34,942 nucleotides of DNA from a virus. Where the stretch lies: positions 1 through 34,942 of the IMG/VR virus record IMGVR_UViG_3300009481_000004. One strand, given 5' to 3'. Within the stretch, counting starts at the first letter, position 1; every line of letters starts with the position of its first letter. The notes below the pieces were generated by a model. The model ran no database searches. It was not told the DNA's origin and saw only the letters and a list, made by a program, of their open reading frames with translations. A program made the position numbers and the translations under genes. Below are positions 23,451 to 32,391 of this stretch, piece after piece.

Positions 23451-23950
23451 TAGAAAGGTAACTCTTCCTCGCCTTCTGCTGTGGGCGTACTCTCAAAGAC
23501 CTTATTTGGTTCATAGGTCTTCTTAAATTCTGCCAACGCAGTAGTTATATCATCCTTCAATGGTGACTTAGGACACGGTGTAGTTGTATACGTAGTATCC
23601 ATGCCATCGCCACTGCGAGTCACGATCACATCGTAATCAGTAAGGTTGCCCCATTCTGAATTGCGATCTAACTCTGTTAACTGTTTTTGAACAGTGGATT
23701 GCGTAACATCCAGCACCTTGACAAAATTGCCATCCCATACTGGAACCTGCCAGAAATGTTTTGGTTTTTCGCCTGCGGGTGCTTCTGCTGCGGTTTTGAT
23801 GCGAACTGGCACTTTATCATCCTGCCAATACTGATAACCCATTACTGGTGTATCTAATATTCGGAATCTGTTTTCGCCTTTTTGAAACTTCATGAAACTA
23901 CTCTCACCAGTGCTAGGCACATCGTAGGTAGGCTCTAATAGTCCACTCAT
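23450..23950 (-). CDS. Single-stranded DNA-binding protein, 166 aa
   Basis: The acidic C-terminal tail ends EGEEELPF, an SSB-type protein-interaction tip. It lies in the replication module, and the OB-like central region has WGNLTDYDVIVTRSGDG. Confidence 0.6.
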   Translation of the reverse strand: MSGLLEPTYDVPSTGESSFMKFQKGENRFRILDTPVMGYQYWQDDKVPVRIKTAAEAPAGEKPKHFWQVPVWDGNFVKVLDVTQSTVQKQLTELDRNSEWGNLTDYDVIVTRSGDGMDTTYTTTPCPKSPLKDDITTALAEFKKTYEPNKVFESTPTAEGEEELPF

Positions 23951-23952
23951 CG

Positions 23953-24171
23953 TTACTCCTTTATTATGTTATATGAATATCCATTGCGATCGATAAGACC
24001 AAGTATCTTTTTATACGTACTGTCGTTAGCGTTGGCTTTGATACCGATGTCTGCATTATAGACTTTTCTCGCACCTGGAATGTATGTTTGGGATTGACCC
24101 AACAGTTGTCGCACTTTTTGTGCAAAATTGATTCTCTCTTGTTTATCTTTGATATGAATAGTGAGAAGCAT
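23953..24171 (-). CDS. Hypothetical protein, 72 aa
   Basis: ATG at 24171. The track uses TTG two codons upstream. No motif recognised. Confidence 0.5.
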   Translation of the reverse strand: MLLTIHIKDKQERINFAQKVRQLLGQSQTYIPGARKVYNADIGIKANANDSTYKKILGLIDRNGYSYNIIKE

Positions 24172-24259
24172 GGGCAATGCCTAATGACGTAAAAGAGAGA
24201 GAGAGTGTAGTCGTGGAAACGCCACTTCAAACAGCACTGCCCATGTTACATGATAAAAT

Positions 24260-24709
24260 TTAATCAACTGCTACTGCCTGTATAAGTGAAATATTACCAG
24301 ACATTCTTTCTGCATCAGCAATTCTATTATCATCGTTAAACCAAAATGAAAAAAAATATATTTCATTTATTGGATCGTGAAGAAATTCTAAAACATTAGC
24401 GTGATTGCTTATATACCACTTATTACCTATTAATATACTCTTAACACATTCTATTTTTTCTCCAAAAATAGTATGCTGCTTATGAATAGTATCTGGCACT
24501 TTCATACCAGAGCCTAAATATTCAACAATTTTACTTAACTTTTTTAATTTAAGTGAGATGTTACCATGTGAATAATAATTCAAATCTTCATATCTACTTA
24601 TACTTCTTGTAGTAACACCTAGTTTTTTAGATAACTGGCCTTGCGATAAACCCAGTTCTTTTCTTTTGTCTTTTATATTATCTATAATAGCATGTATTTG
24701 ACTTTGCAT
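24260..24709 (-). CDS. XRE-family HTH regulator with an extra C-terminal domain, 149 aa (repressor-like)
   Basis: KELGLSQGQLSKKLGVTTRSISRYE is a classic XRE HTH. AGAGAGATAAA lies upstream. The gene is markedly AT-rich. Confidence 0.78.
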   Translation of the reverse strand: MQSQIHAIIDNIKDKRKELGLSQGQLSKKLGVTTRSISRYEDLNYYSHGNISLKLKKLSKIVEYLGSGMKVPDTIHKQHTIFGEKIECVKSILIGNKWYISNHANVLEFLHDPINEIYFFSFWFNDDNRIADAERMSGNISLIQAVAVD

Positions 24710-24727
24710 TTTATCTCTCTTTTTATT

Positions 24728-24916
24728 TTAATAAGGCCATTTAATGAACTCCATCTTAATACCTAAGACTCGTGCAATATTGACCTTATGCTCGTACCGA
24801 AACTTACGCTTTCCACGCATCATAAGTGAGAGCATTGATTTATCCAACGCGATGTGTCGCGCTAATTGGTTTTGACTAAAACCACACTCTCTCATATGTT
24901 GTTGTAAAGGCTTCAT
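24728..24916 (-). CDS. Small XRE/Cro-like HTH regulator, 62 aa (start moved to the ATG)
   Basis: CGFSQNQLARHIALDKSMLSLMMRGKR is the HTH. The 13 extra N-terminal codons of the track ORF (TTG start) are exactly the inverted-repeat element. Confidence 0.72.
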   Translation of the reverse strand: MKPLQQHMRECGFSQNQLARHIALDKSMLSLMMRGKRKFRYEHKVNIARVLGIKMEFIKWPY

Positions 24917-24917
24917 A

Positions 24918-24949
24918 AGTGTTGACAAATTAAAGTCCTTGTCAACACT
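24918..24949. promoter_or_regulatory. Perfect 11-bp inverted repeat AGTGTTGACAA-n10-TTGTCAACACT; candidate operator/promoter of the early unit and terminator hairpin for the late unit
   Basis: Arms at 24918-24928 and 24939-24949. Each arm contains TTGACA. The element lies 1 nt upstream of the Cro-like ATG and 20 nt downstream of the last tail gene. Confidence 0.7.
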
Positions 24950-24968
24950 AAGCAAGAATTATTTTATA

Positions 24969-26015
24969 TTAGAACTCTTCTTCTATGCGCATGCCTATAT
25001 TAAAGACACTTGGTGCGACTTGTTGCATGTCTAGACTGTCTTGTCCAAAGCGAGCAAAAATATAATTTTGTTCTGCTTTATTTCCAGTCAGTGCAGAGTT
25101 ACTACAAAAAATAAATGGAAATAAATTACCTTTGGTTCTATTCCAAACATCAGAGACCACAGTATCTGCTGTCTCTGATTCATCGCCATATTGAGTTGGC
25201 ATAATGTCACTAGAACTCATGTGACTAAAATTTAAATCATATACAATTCGCCCACCGTATACTCCAGAAGGATAACTAGTGGTCAAGAATGGAGACTTGT
25301 TCAAGGTATTTCTATACCTTCTACCTATGTGTGATGCGTTACCATATTTTACACCGCCCATAGATTGCTGAACATTGACTCCATCATAGATAATGGACCT
25401 GCGCAATGACACGTCTGGAGCGTGTGGCATTGTGTAATGTTCGCCAACCATGATGCAACCAATCTTCAAATTATTACTAGCATTGAACAAATTACTACCA
25501 TCAGCACCTTCAAATTGCAATCCAATAAATTGCTCATCTGTTGCGTCAAATGTAAATATTGTTGAACCATTGGCAGCAGGCGTAACAATACTACTAGAAA
25601 TTGCATCGGCATTGACCACTTCGGCTGGGTTTGCCATTACGTTATCACTATTAGCAAGGTCTACATCATTAATATCTTCTAAGGCATCGCCAAATCCAAC
25701 TCTGACCTTTGCTTCAGCACTGTTCATGTTATGATTTAAAATTGCGATATAGTCTGTTTTAAAATTGGTACTCTGCTTATTGATGTTAATTAAAACATGG
25801 TCACCTCTAACCGCTGTACTAGCCGTAGTATTGAATGTGACTTGATTCATAGGCTTCATATCAAACAATTCTGCCTCACTGCCAGTAACGTATGTATTAA
25901 TTAAGTCACTACCAGACACAACATCAAAATTGCCATTTTGCGCAGTGCCTACTGACATTAAAAAATTGATACTATCTGTAAAGAATTTTGGTACTCCCAC
26001 ATCCATATTAGCCAT
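24969..26015 (-). CDS. Tail-tip / baseplate structural protein, 348 aa (last gene of the late unit)
   Basis: Position downstream of the tape measure and the 725-aa protein. Start-stop overlap with the upstream gene. No enzymatic motif recognised. Confidence 0.55.
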   Translation of the reverse strand: MANMDVGVPKFFTDSINFLMSVGTAQNGNFDVVSGSDLINTYVTGSEAELFDMKPMNQVTFNTTASTAVRGDHVLININKQSTNFKTDYIAILNHNMNSAEAKVRVGFGDALEDINDVDLANSDNVMANPAEVVNADAISSSIVTPAANGSTIFTFDATDEQFIGLQFEGADGSNLFNASNNLKIGCIMVGEHYTMPHAPDVSLRRSIIYDGVNVQQSMGGVKYGNASHIGRRYRNTLNKSPFLTTSYPSGVYGGRIVYDLNFSHMSSSDIMPTQYGDESETADTVVSDVWNRTKGNLFPFIFCSNSALTGNKAEQNYIFARFGQDSLDMQQVAPSVFNIGMRIEEEF

Positions 26016-28192
26016 TATCCAACCTCTCTTGCCGTTATACTCACTTTACCTGGTGAGCGTTTTAAATCTGTTATCATGTAATAGTCACCCCAGTTGTCTC
26101 CAAAAGGTTCTATAGGCATGTCACCTGACGTATTGGAAAATTGTATTATATCTCCTGTCTCCAATGCATATCCTTTTGCTGGGTTAAGTATATCACAACT
26201 CACCATTTTTTTAATATCTCCATAGATATTCATATAGTAATCTGCAAAACCATCGTTTGGATCACCGCCACCCACATCCGCGTTACCTGCTTTATTGACA
26301 TTATAGTCCAAGTTCACCTGCTGAATGTTCTCTTTAGCACCAATATTAAGATTAGAACGTGTAGAATTTGTAGAATCCTCTGCAGTCACACTACTGATAT
26401 AACTGTTTTGCGCAGGATGCTTCTCATAACCTACTTCCATTTTTGTTATCAACTCACTAAATGGCGTAGTAGAGATACTGATCTTATCAATGTCATCTGC
26501 ATTCAAGGTAGCTGCCACATCTCCAGAACTATATGAATTCTTTATATACCAATACGAACCAACACCATCTGCTCTGAATTTGAAAATGAATCCAAACTCA
26601 TATTGTATCTTATCTAATATCTTCTTTAATGATGTAGCTTCCAATACCCAAGCTCGTATGTTCCATGCGCTTGCATCAATTCTTGCATCTTCAATATCTA
26701 AATTACTATTCCAGTTATAAATATTACCATCTGTATCATCGTAACCAGTAAAGCGGACCAACAAGTCTCTATGTGCTTCTAATCCAGTTGTAGCAACACC
26801 GCTACCGCCATTATAACTTTTGGTCAGACCATCTCCACCACAATATAAGTGATTGATGCTTTTTAATGTTTGATAACCTTGATCCTTGTCTGTAAAGTCG
26901 ATTTCTGTTGAAACGCTACATCTTATATCATATAGCCTAGGTGTGAATGTGCAAGTACCTGGATTAACACCACTGACCGCATTTCTTACCTCAATTTGAG
27001 TTGTATCCGTCCACCCATTCGCGCTATTGAATGATGAGACCATCTCTGCGCTTGTGTCGGTCTGTGTACTCACTGAGGTTGTGCCATTGGTAGTGTTTTT
27101 TGAACTATTATCTGTATTATCAAAATCATCATTGAATGACCAAGTCTCATTTCTAAAAAAACAACTCTGAGATCCTGAAACAATACTTGCACGAGTAATG
27201 GTCCACGCATATAAAATAGTCATGGTCGCAGCATCAACCTTATGGTCTGGTCTTAACCACTTGGCTTTATAATATTTAGTTGTAGTACCAGCATTGGTCT
27301 GCGATAATATTATCTGTGCATAACTACTTGTTTCATTGGCAAGTGGAGTATCAATGGCATTATCTCCATTGGTCCAAGTATCTGTAGATGCGTTCTCTAC
27401 TGGCTTCATTTTAAATTTCTTTGGAATGGTGTGATATGCTCGAACCGCATAACCGTTCTTATAACTTTCGTTCGCAGTATCAAAATTAGAAAAGTCATCC
27501 ACATACACTGGTAAGAACCTGTCCAAATTACGATCGTAATAGTGCGGATATGCAGTGCTTGATATGCTATGCGTACCAGTTAGCGCAAATACTTCGTCAC
27601 CTCGTATCTCATTTATAGGTATAGGAAACATGGTTTGATTAACGCGGTAATCTTGACTTGTACTATTAGCAGTATAATTACCATAGGCAACAGGAAAATA
27701 TTTATTGGTGTCGCTTGCCTTGGTTTGCGGTATATCAATATAATCCCAAGGAGAACGCTCAACTATCATTAAACTAATGGTATCATTGTCATGCGACAGG
27801 TCCACTAATCTACCATTATATATCTGTAAGCAGTTTGCAAGTGTATTGTCACCATTCAATTGACTATATATTTTAACAGTCCGATTCAAATAACGATTAG
27901 AACCGCCAAATAATTCAGCAGAGAAATCATCGCCTTTGTATTTAAAATTTGCTAGTTGGAGCTTAATGTTTCCTGTTTTAGCAGAACTACGAGCTAGGTC
28001 TATAGAACTACGTATGGATAATGTACGACTCATTACGACACCATGATAGAATGACCCACCAACCTTGGTGTCATTTAAGGCTATTGGTGTAAAGTTACTT
28101 TCATCACCATAGTATAACTGTATGATCCAATTCTCAACAAAATTCGTTGCCTTTGCTGCTGAACTGTATACTGCGGGTAAAGTAAGACTCAC
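26015..28192 (-). CDS. Large distal-tail / tail-tip structural protein, 725 aa
   Basis: Immediately downstream of the tape measure with a 4-nt overlap. Size and beta-rich composition fit a distal tail protein. Confidence 0.6.
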   Translation of the reverse strand: MSLTLPAVYSSAAKATNFVENWIIQLYYGDESNFTPIALNDTKVGGSFYHGVVMSRTLSIRSSIDLARSSAKTGNIKLQLANFKYKGDDFSAELFGGSNRYLNRTVKIYSQLNGDNTLANCLQIYNGRLVDLSHDNDTISLMIVERSPWDYIDIPQTKASDTNKYFPVAYGNYTANSTSQDYRVNQTMFPIPINEIRGDEVFALTGTHSISSTAYPHYYDRNLDRFLPVYVDDFSNFDTANESYKNGYAVRAYHTIPKKFKMKPVENASTDTWTNGDNAIDTPLANETSSYAQIILSQTNAGTTTKYYKAKWLRPDHKVDAATMTILYAWTITRASIVSGSQSCFFRNETWSFNDDFDNTDNSSKNTTNGTTSVSTQTDTSAEMVSSFNSANGWTDTTQIEVRNAVSGVNPGTCTFTPRLYDIRCSVSTEIDFTDKDQGYQTLKSINHLYCGGDGLTKSYNGGSGVATTGLEAHRDLLVRFTGYDDTDGNIYNWNSNLDIEDARIDASAWNIRAWVLEATSLKKILDKIQYEFGFIFKFRADGVGSYWYIKNSYSSGDVAATLNADDIDKISISTTPFSELITKMEVGYEKHPAQNSYISSVTAEDSTNSTRSNLNIGAKENIQQVNLDYNVNKAGNADVGGGDPNDGFADYYMNIYGDIKKMVSCDILNPAKGYALETGDIIQFSNTSGDMPIEPFGDNWGDYYMITDLKRSPGKVSITAREVG

Positions 28193-30087
28193 GCAAGATT
28201 CCGATTCGTTGCTTTATTGATTGCAGGTATTATGTGGTCTATGACTGTTTCATCAACTAGCGGTGCTGATATGTTTACCGTTACACCACCAGCTTCGCCA
28301 GAGCGGTTCATCTGGGCAAGGTTCTGCACACCAATATTCTGCACAGCTTCCCTGCGCATAACAAATTCTCCTGCCTGCGCCATAATTGGTACATTATCTT
28401 GTCCTTGGACCTGCCCGCCTTGCGCAAAACGCTGGATACCATTGTTTTGTATTAATCCACCAGTGTGGGCAAAGAAACCAGAAAATAAATTTAGTAACGC
28501 TCCACCTGTTGCGCCTTGTGGAGACATTGCTACTAACGTGCCAACAGTTCTTAAAAATATTCCAAACATCTGACTCGCGTCTTTTGTGTCTCCTTTCAAA
28601 GCAGACATCGCACCTGCTAAAACATTAATTGATCGTGCGGCTGCGTTCGATGAAGTATTGGTATCATTGGTTTTTACTACCATACCAGCAGAAGCCATTG
28701 CTGCATTTTCCATTCGTGTAACTTGATCATCAAGCAACGCATTGGTTCTTGCAATCTCATCTTGACGCATTTTTTCGAGCGATGCCAATGCAAGAGTCCG
28801 TTCTTCACGCAACACTTCTTCCATATTAATATCGCTTAATATATCTAATCTTTTAATTTCTTCTTCTTTAACAAGTCGTATTCTATCTTCTAATATCTTA
28901 ATTTTTTCTGCGAAACTCAATGTGCCTGTGCCAGTCATGGCTTGTGTTTCATTTTGCTTTTGTACAGCATCAGCCACATCACCTAATACGCCTTCAAATA
29001 TTACAACGCCTGGAGTAATTGCTTCTAAATTCTTAAATCCTTCTTGTGTATCATCAGTGAAAATCTTTAAATTATTTTTTGCTTGATTGACCACAGGTGC
29101 TAAACCGACAATTTTTGTTTGCATATCTACAACAGGTTGCTGCGCAAGTGTCATTTGAGTTTTGAGGTTATCCAACTCGTTATTTAGTGATTGTAAATCG
29201 CTGGTATTACGAATACGCAATGAAAACGCATCTACCGCTTCTCCAAATGTTTCAAAATCTGCTCTTCCTTCTTTTGCAAAGCGAACAAAGGCTGTAGTGT
29301 CATTTATAAATGCGGTTGTACTTTTTACTGCATTTTTTATATGAGAAAGGAATGGTCCTGACAACTCAGCCGAAAGTCTAGTTACCGCATCAAACATATT
29401 GCTGAATGCGCCAGTTACTGTGTCTGATAATCTATCTGCGCTACCTGCTATACCTACTTCAGGATCAATAAAGGCATCTATCATCGCTTGTCTAAACTGA
29501 GGTAGAGTTAGGTTTGTTATGTCTTCTATGCCTTTAAAATCCTTAATAATATTCAGAACGCCTTTTTCCCTGAAAATGTCAGCCGCACCTGCTCCTCCAG
29601 AATAGGCACGACCAAATGCATTTGCTGCTTCAGTAGCCGTTGAACCCATGAACGCAGCAAGGTCGGTAATAGGCTTAATAGTATCATTTGCGCTTGCGCC
29701 AAAAGCGTTCAATTGCGCACCTGCGTTCACTACATCATCTAATTGGAATGGTGTCGTGGCTGCTACGCGACTAAACTTTTCAAATGCAAATTCTGCGTTC
29801 TCTACACTTCCTGTTAATCCAACTAAACGAGTTTGCACATCCTCAAATTGAATAGACGCTTTAAAAAACGCTTGAGCAGCTTTCGCTAAAATACCAAAAG
29901 CAAAAGCATTGACTAATAGGCGATTCCTCAGTGAACCAAAAGATCGTTCTAAACCAATAGTTGATTTACGCATTTGGTTAGTGGTTTTTTTAAATTTTTG
30001 ACCGCTTTTATTTAAAGTTTTAAAATCACGAGTAGCTCGTGAGAATCCTTTACTTCTTACCTCAATTATAAATTTCTTTTCAGCCAT
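28189..30087 (-). CDS. Tail tape measure protein, 632 aa
   Basis: The N-terminal core with FEKFSRVAATTPFQLDDVVNAGAQLNAFG is typical of the TP901-type TMP core. Long helical A/L/Q-rich middle, Gly-rich C-terminal part, and position after the frameshifted chaperone pair. Confidence 0.88.
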   Translation of the reverse strand: MAEKKFIIEVRSKGFSRATRDFKTLNKSGQKFKKTTNQMRKSTIGLERSFGSLRNRLLVNAFAFGILAKAAQAFFKASIQFEDVQTRLVGLTGSVENAEFAFEKFSRVAATTPFQLDDVVNAGAQLNAFGASANDTIKPITDLAAFMGSTATEAANAFGRAYSGGAGAADIFREKGVLNIIKDFKGIEDITNLTLPQFRQAMIDAFIDPEVGIAGSADRLSDTVTGAFSNMFDAVTRLSAELSGPFLSHIKNAVKSTTAFINDTTAFVRFAKEGRADFETFGEAVDAFSLRIRNTSDLQSLNNELDNLKTQMTLAQQPVVDMQTKIVGLAPVVNQAKNNLKIFTDDTQEGFKNLEAITPGVVIFEGVLGDVADAVQKQNETQAMTGTGTLSFAEKIKILEDRIRLVKEEEIKRLDILSDINMEEVLREERTLALASLEKMRQDEIARTNALLDDQVTRMENAAMASAGMVVKTNDTNTSSNAAARSINVLAGAMSALKGDTKDASQMFGIFLRTVGTLVAMSPQGATGGALLNLFSGFFAHTGGLIQNNGIQRFAQGGQVQGQDNVPIMAQAGEFVMRREAVQNIGVQNLAQMNRSGEAGGVTVNISAPLVDETVIDHIIPAINKATNRNLA

Positions 30088-30478
30088 TTTGTTTCTTTAT
30101 ATCTTCTTGTTGGAGTGCATTGAATTCTTCATCAATAGCAGAAAAGATGACTAAACGGTGATAATCTGCTTCATCTATAGTATTTGCTAAAGATAGATTA
30201 AATCGTTTCATAGCCATGTACTCCTCAAGCGCAAATATGGTCTCAGGCGTTACAAAGTACGTTGAGTCGGCACAGAACACTAGTGAATGATATAACGCAG
30301 CACCAAGCGTAAATTTCCCATCTTTATTCTCATCTACAATACGCCATATCTCATTCCATAGTTCATCTTCATCATACGTGATGGTTTTTTTAAGCGTAGG
30401 AGATTTGGCTTGATATGGGAAATGCAGATTGCGACTAGGTTGGTTGCGAAAACTCATCCACATCGCAACGCGGTGCAT
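30080..30478 (-). CDS. Tail assembly chaperone, -1 frame extension (gpT-like part), probably made only as a fusion with the upstream ORF
   Basis: It lies in the -1 frame relative to 30478..30744, with no stop between the slippery site and this ORF. It is directly upstream of the TMP. Confidence 0.65.
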   Translation of the reverse strand: MHRVAMWMSFRNQPSRNLHFPYQAKSPTLKKTITYDEDELWNEIWRIVDENKDGKFTLGAALYHSLVFCADSTYFVTPETIFALEEYMAMKRFNLSLANTIDEADYHRLVIFSAIDEEFNALQQEDIKKQNG

Positions 30479-30744
30479 TAAGACTTTTTTTTGCTTACAT
30501 CCTTATAAGCATTATAAATGGTCATTAATACTTCGTCAATGATATTATCATCGAACTTGCCTAATGACTTCTCTGGATCGGTAAATGAGTAATTTAGTAT
30601 CCAGTCTAATACATCAAAGAACTTAGCGGTGTCAATCTCACCTTTCTTGGTGATTGCCTTGACCTCTAGTTGATGTAACTCTCTACGTGCTTTGAATGTG
30701 ATTTCTGGAACATCAAATGTTCCATGATCTGTTTTGATTTTCAT
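30478..30744 (-). CDS. Tail assembly chaperone (gpG-like), 88 aa
   Basis: Position between the tube and TMP genes. It ends in the slippery sequence A_AAA_AAG. Confidence 0.7.
   Translation of the reverse strand: MKIKTDHGTFDVPEITFKARRELHQLEVKAITKKGEIDTAKFFDVLDWILNYSFTDPEKSLGKFDDNIIDEVLMTIYNAYKDVSKKKS
30484..30490 (-). promoter_or_regulatory. Programmed -1 ribosomal frameshift site A_AAA_AAG
   Basis: Zero-frame codons AGC AAA AAA AAG TCT TAA. After a -1 slip the reading continues GTC TTA ATG CAC..., the frame of the 132-aa ORF. Confidence 0.7.
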
Positions 30745-30776
30745 TGTTCATCCTATTAAGATGAAAATGGCGTGAT

Positions 30777-31775
30777 TTAAGCGATCGTGATACCAATTAT
30801 TTCCGCATCTTCCGCAGATGCAAATGCTCTGAATGGTATGCTTTGTAGCATAAAATCTCCCATTTCTGGCTTTGAATTATCTATCATTACCTTTTGACAA
30901 TCAATAATAAAATCACTGCCTTGTGCAAGTGCCAATACAATCCCAGTGGAATTACCAGCTATGCCTGCATCTAGGTCGTGAATCTCGTCATCGCGTTTTG
31001 CAACTAATGTACCAGTAACTTCATATGGACCAGTTTGCGCATAGCCAAATGGCTCATAGTCTGTTGTATCTTGATAATGAACTCGAACCAACGGTCTTGA
31101 AATATTAATTTCCCAAGAGTTTAAAATTAAAGTTTCTCCACCTAATGTGTTTGCAGTTAAGCCAAAAATATTTTTTGGTGCGCCTGTGTCTAACACTTTA
31201 CTGCTTGGTGCTGCATAAGCACTTTGAACTGGTCTATATCCAGTAACAAAAGTGGTTTCTACTACCATTTCTCCACCATTAGTGCCAACGTCTTGTCTCA
31301 TAGTCATAGAAGTGGCGAAGCATCCTACCATTGACACGTCAATTAAACCGCCTGCTAAGTCTGCGCCAGCATTTTCAAATAGTAAAGTCACTGCATTTAC
31401 ATTTGTACCACCATGTTTCATTGTAGTGGAACTATTATCATTAGTATTTGATGCTGGTGTAAGCGATGCTTCGGAAGAACTATCACCAAACAAAGCCAAA
31501 CATGATTTCAATACTGCTGTTGCTGTACCTCTCATCGTCAAAGTTACTTCATACATTTGCGTATCTGGACGATGATGTCCTTGACTGGCAAGCTGACCGA
31601 GTAATCCAGATTTATTTGGTGCAATTTCTAATGGTGCTGATGCAGCTTCTACATTAAAATCAGTCACCTGTAAAAAATCCCATGTATCACTATTTGCATG
31701 AAGTGTTCCTAAAGTCTTTGAGCCGCTACCAATACCGACTTCAATTATATTTCTTGGTTGAAAATTAGTTGCCAT
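30777..31775 (-). CDS. Major tail (tube) protein, 332 aa
   Basis: Position immediately upstream of the chaperone pair and the TMP. There is no sheath-sized gene nearby. Confidence 0.6.
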   Translation of the reverse strand: MATNFQPRNIIEVGIGSGSKTLGTLHANSDTWDFLQVTDFNVEAASAPLEIAPNKSGLLGQLASQGHHRPDTQMYEVTLTMRGTATAVLKSCLALFGDSSSEASLTPASNTNDNSSTTMKHGGTNVNAVTLLFENAGADLAGGLIDVSMVGCFATSMTMRQDVGTNGGEMVVETTFVTGYRPVQSAYAAPSSKVLDTGAPKNIFGLTANTLGGETLILNSWEINISRPLVRVHYQDTTDYEPFGYAQTGPYEVTGTLVAKRDDEIHDLDAGIAGNSTGIVLALAQGSDFIIDCQKVMIDNSKPEMGDFMLQSIPFRAFASAEDAEIIGITIA

Positions 31776-31963
31776 TACTTATCTTCCTTTTTTACTTTTT
31801 TTATTTCCGCACTTTGCAAATGCGATTTTAATTCTTTAGGTACGTTTGTAATCTTAATTGCTAAACCTGACATTAGACGATTATGCTTGGCAGAACTACC
31901 AAACGCATAAAAATTCTTATCATCTGATAATTTTTTATAAGATTCTTTTGCAATATATTTCAT
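31775..31963 (-). CDS. Hypothetical protein, 62 aa
   Basis: ORF coupled to both neighbours by start-stop overlaps. Confidence 0.5.
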   Translation of the reverse strand: MKYIAKESYKKLSDDKNFYAFGSSAKHNRLMSGLAIKITNVPKELKSHLQSAEIKKVKKEDK

Positions 31964-32391
31964 CCTATTATCTCCATTGCTGATACTACAGCGGTCATAT
32001 TTGCGCGTAGCAGATCTTCATTATCCTCATCGCGCTCATATACAGTGGAGTCGATGACAGCATTATAGAATTGTCTCGCTCCAGATACGTTGTAGTTGCG
32101 GTTATTGTACAATAACCTCTTAAATCGTTCAGCCACTAATGACACTTGCCTAAAACTTTCCTTGGTGTAATTGCCTGCGAAATCCACTTGATAACTGATA
32201 AGTATCGTATAGTCTCGCACCATGCCAGTATGAATCTGCTCATTAAGTTCATCACTAAGAGGTTGTAAAAGAAAACTCTGATTGCCTTGATGCTCATCAT
32301 AAAATATTTGTATCCCAAATTCATCTGCAATGATACTATGAAGATTGTCAATGACTCTATCATAAATGACGTTGGTAAATGTGATTGCCAT
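31960..32391 (-). CDS. Neck / tail-completion protein by position, 143 aa
   Basis: Small protein just upstream of the tube gene, with an ATGA-type overlap on its downstream side. Confidence 0.45.
   Translation of the reverse strand: MAITFTNVIYDRVIDNLHSIIADEFGIQIFYDEHQGNQSFLLQPLSDELNEQIHTGMVRDYTILISYQVDFAGNYTKESFRQVSLVAERFKRLLYNNRNYNVSGARQFYNAVIDSTVYERDEDNEDLLRANMTAVVSAMEIIG

Noticed and set aside
24191-24263. Orphan GA-rich leader (AAAAGAGAGAGAGAG) followed by a 16-codon GTG ORF on the plus strand
   Set aside because: The ORF is tiny, starts with GTG 7 nt after the motif and runs into the convergent HTH gene. It is more likely a remnant, or the reverse complement of a pyrimidine tract in the minus-strand intergenic leader.
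24917-24955. TTG-initiated 13-codon extension of the Cro-like HTH protein
   Set aside because: The extension is exactly the 11-bp inverted repeat read as codons. The ATG at 24916 begins just before the HTH, at the normal distance.
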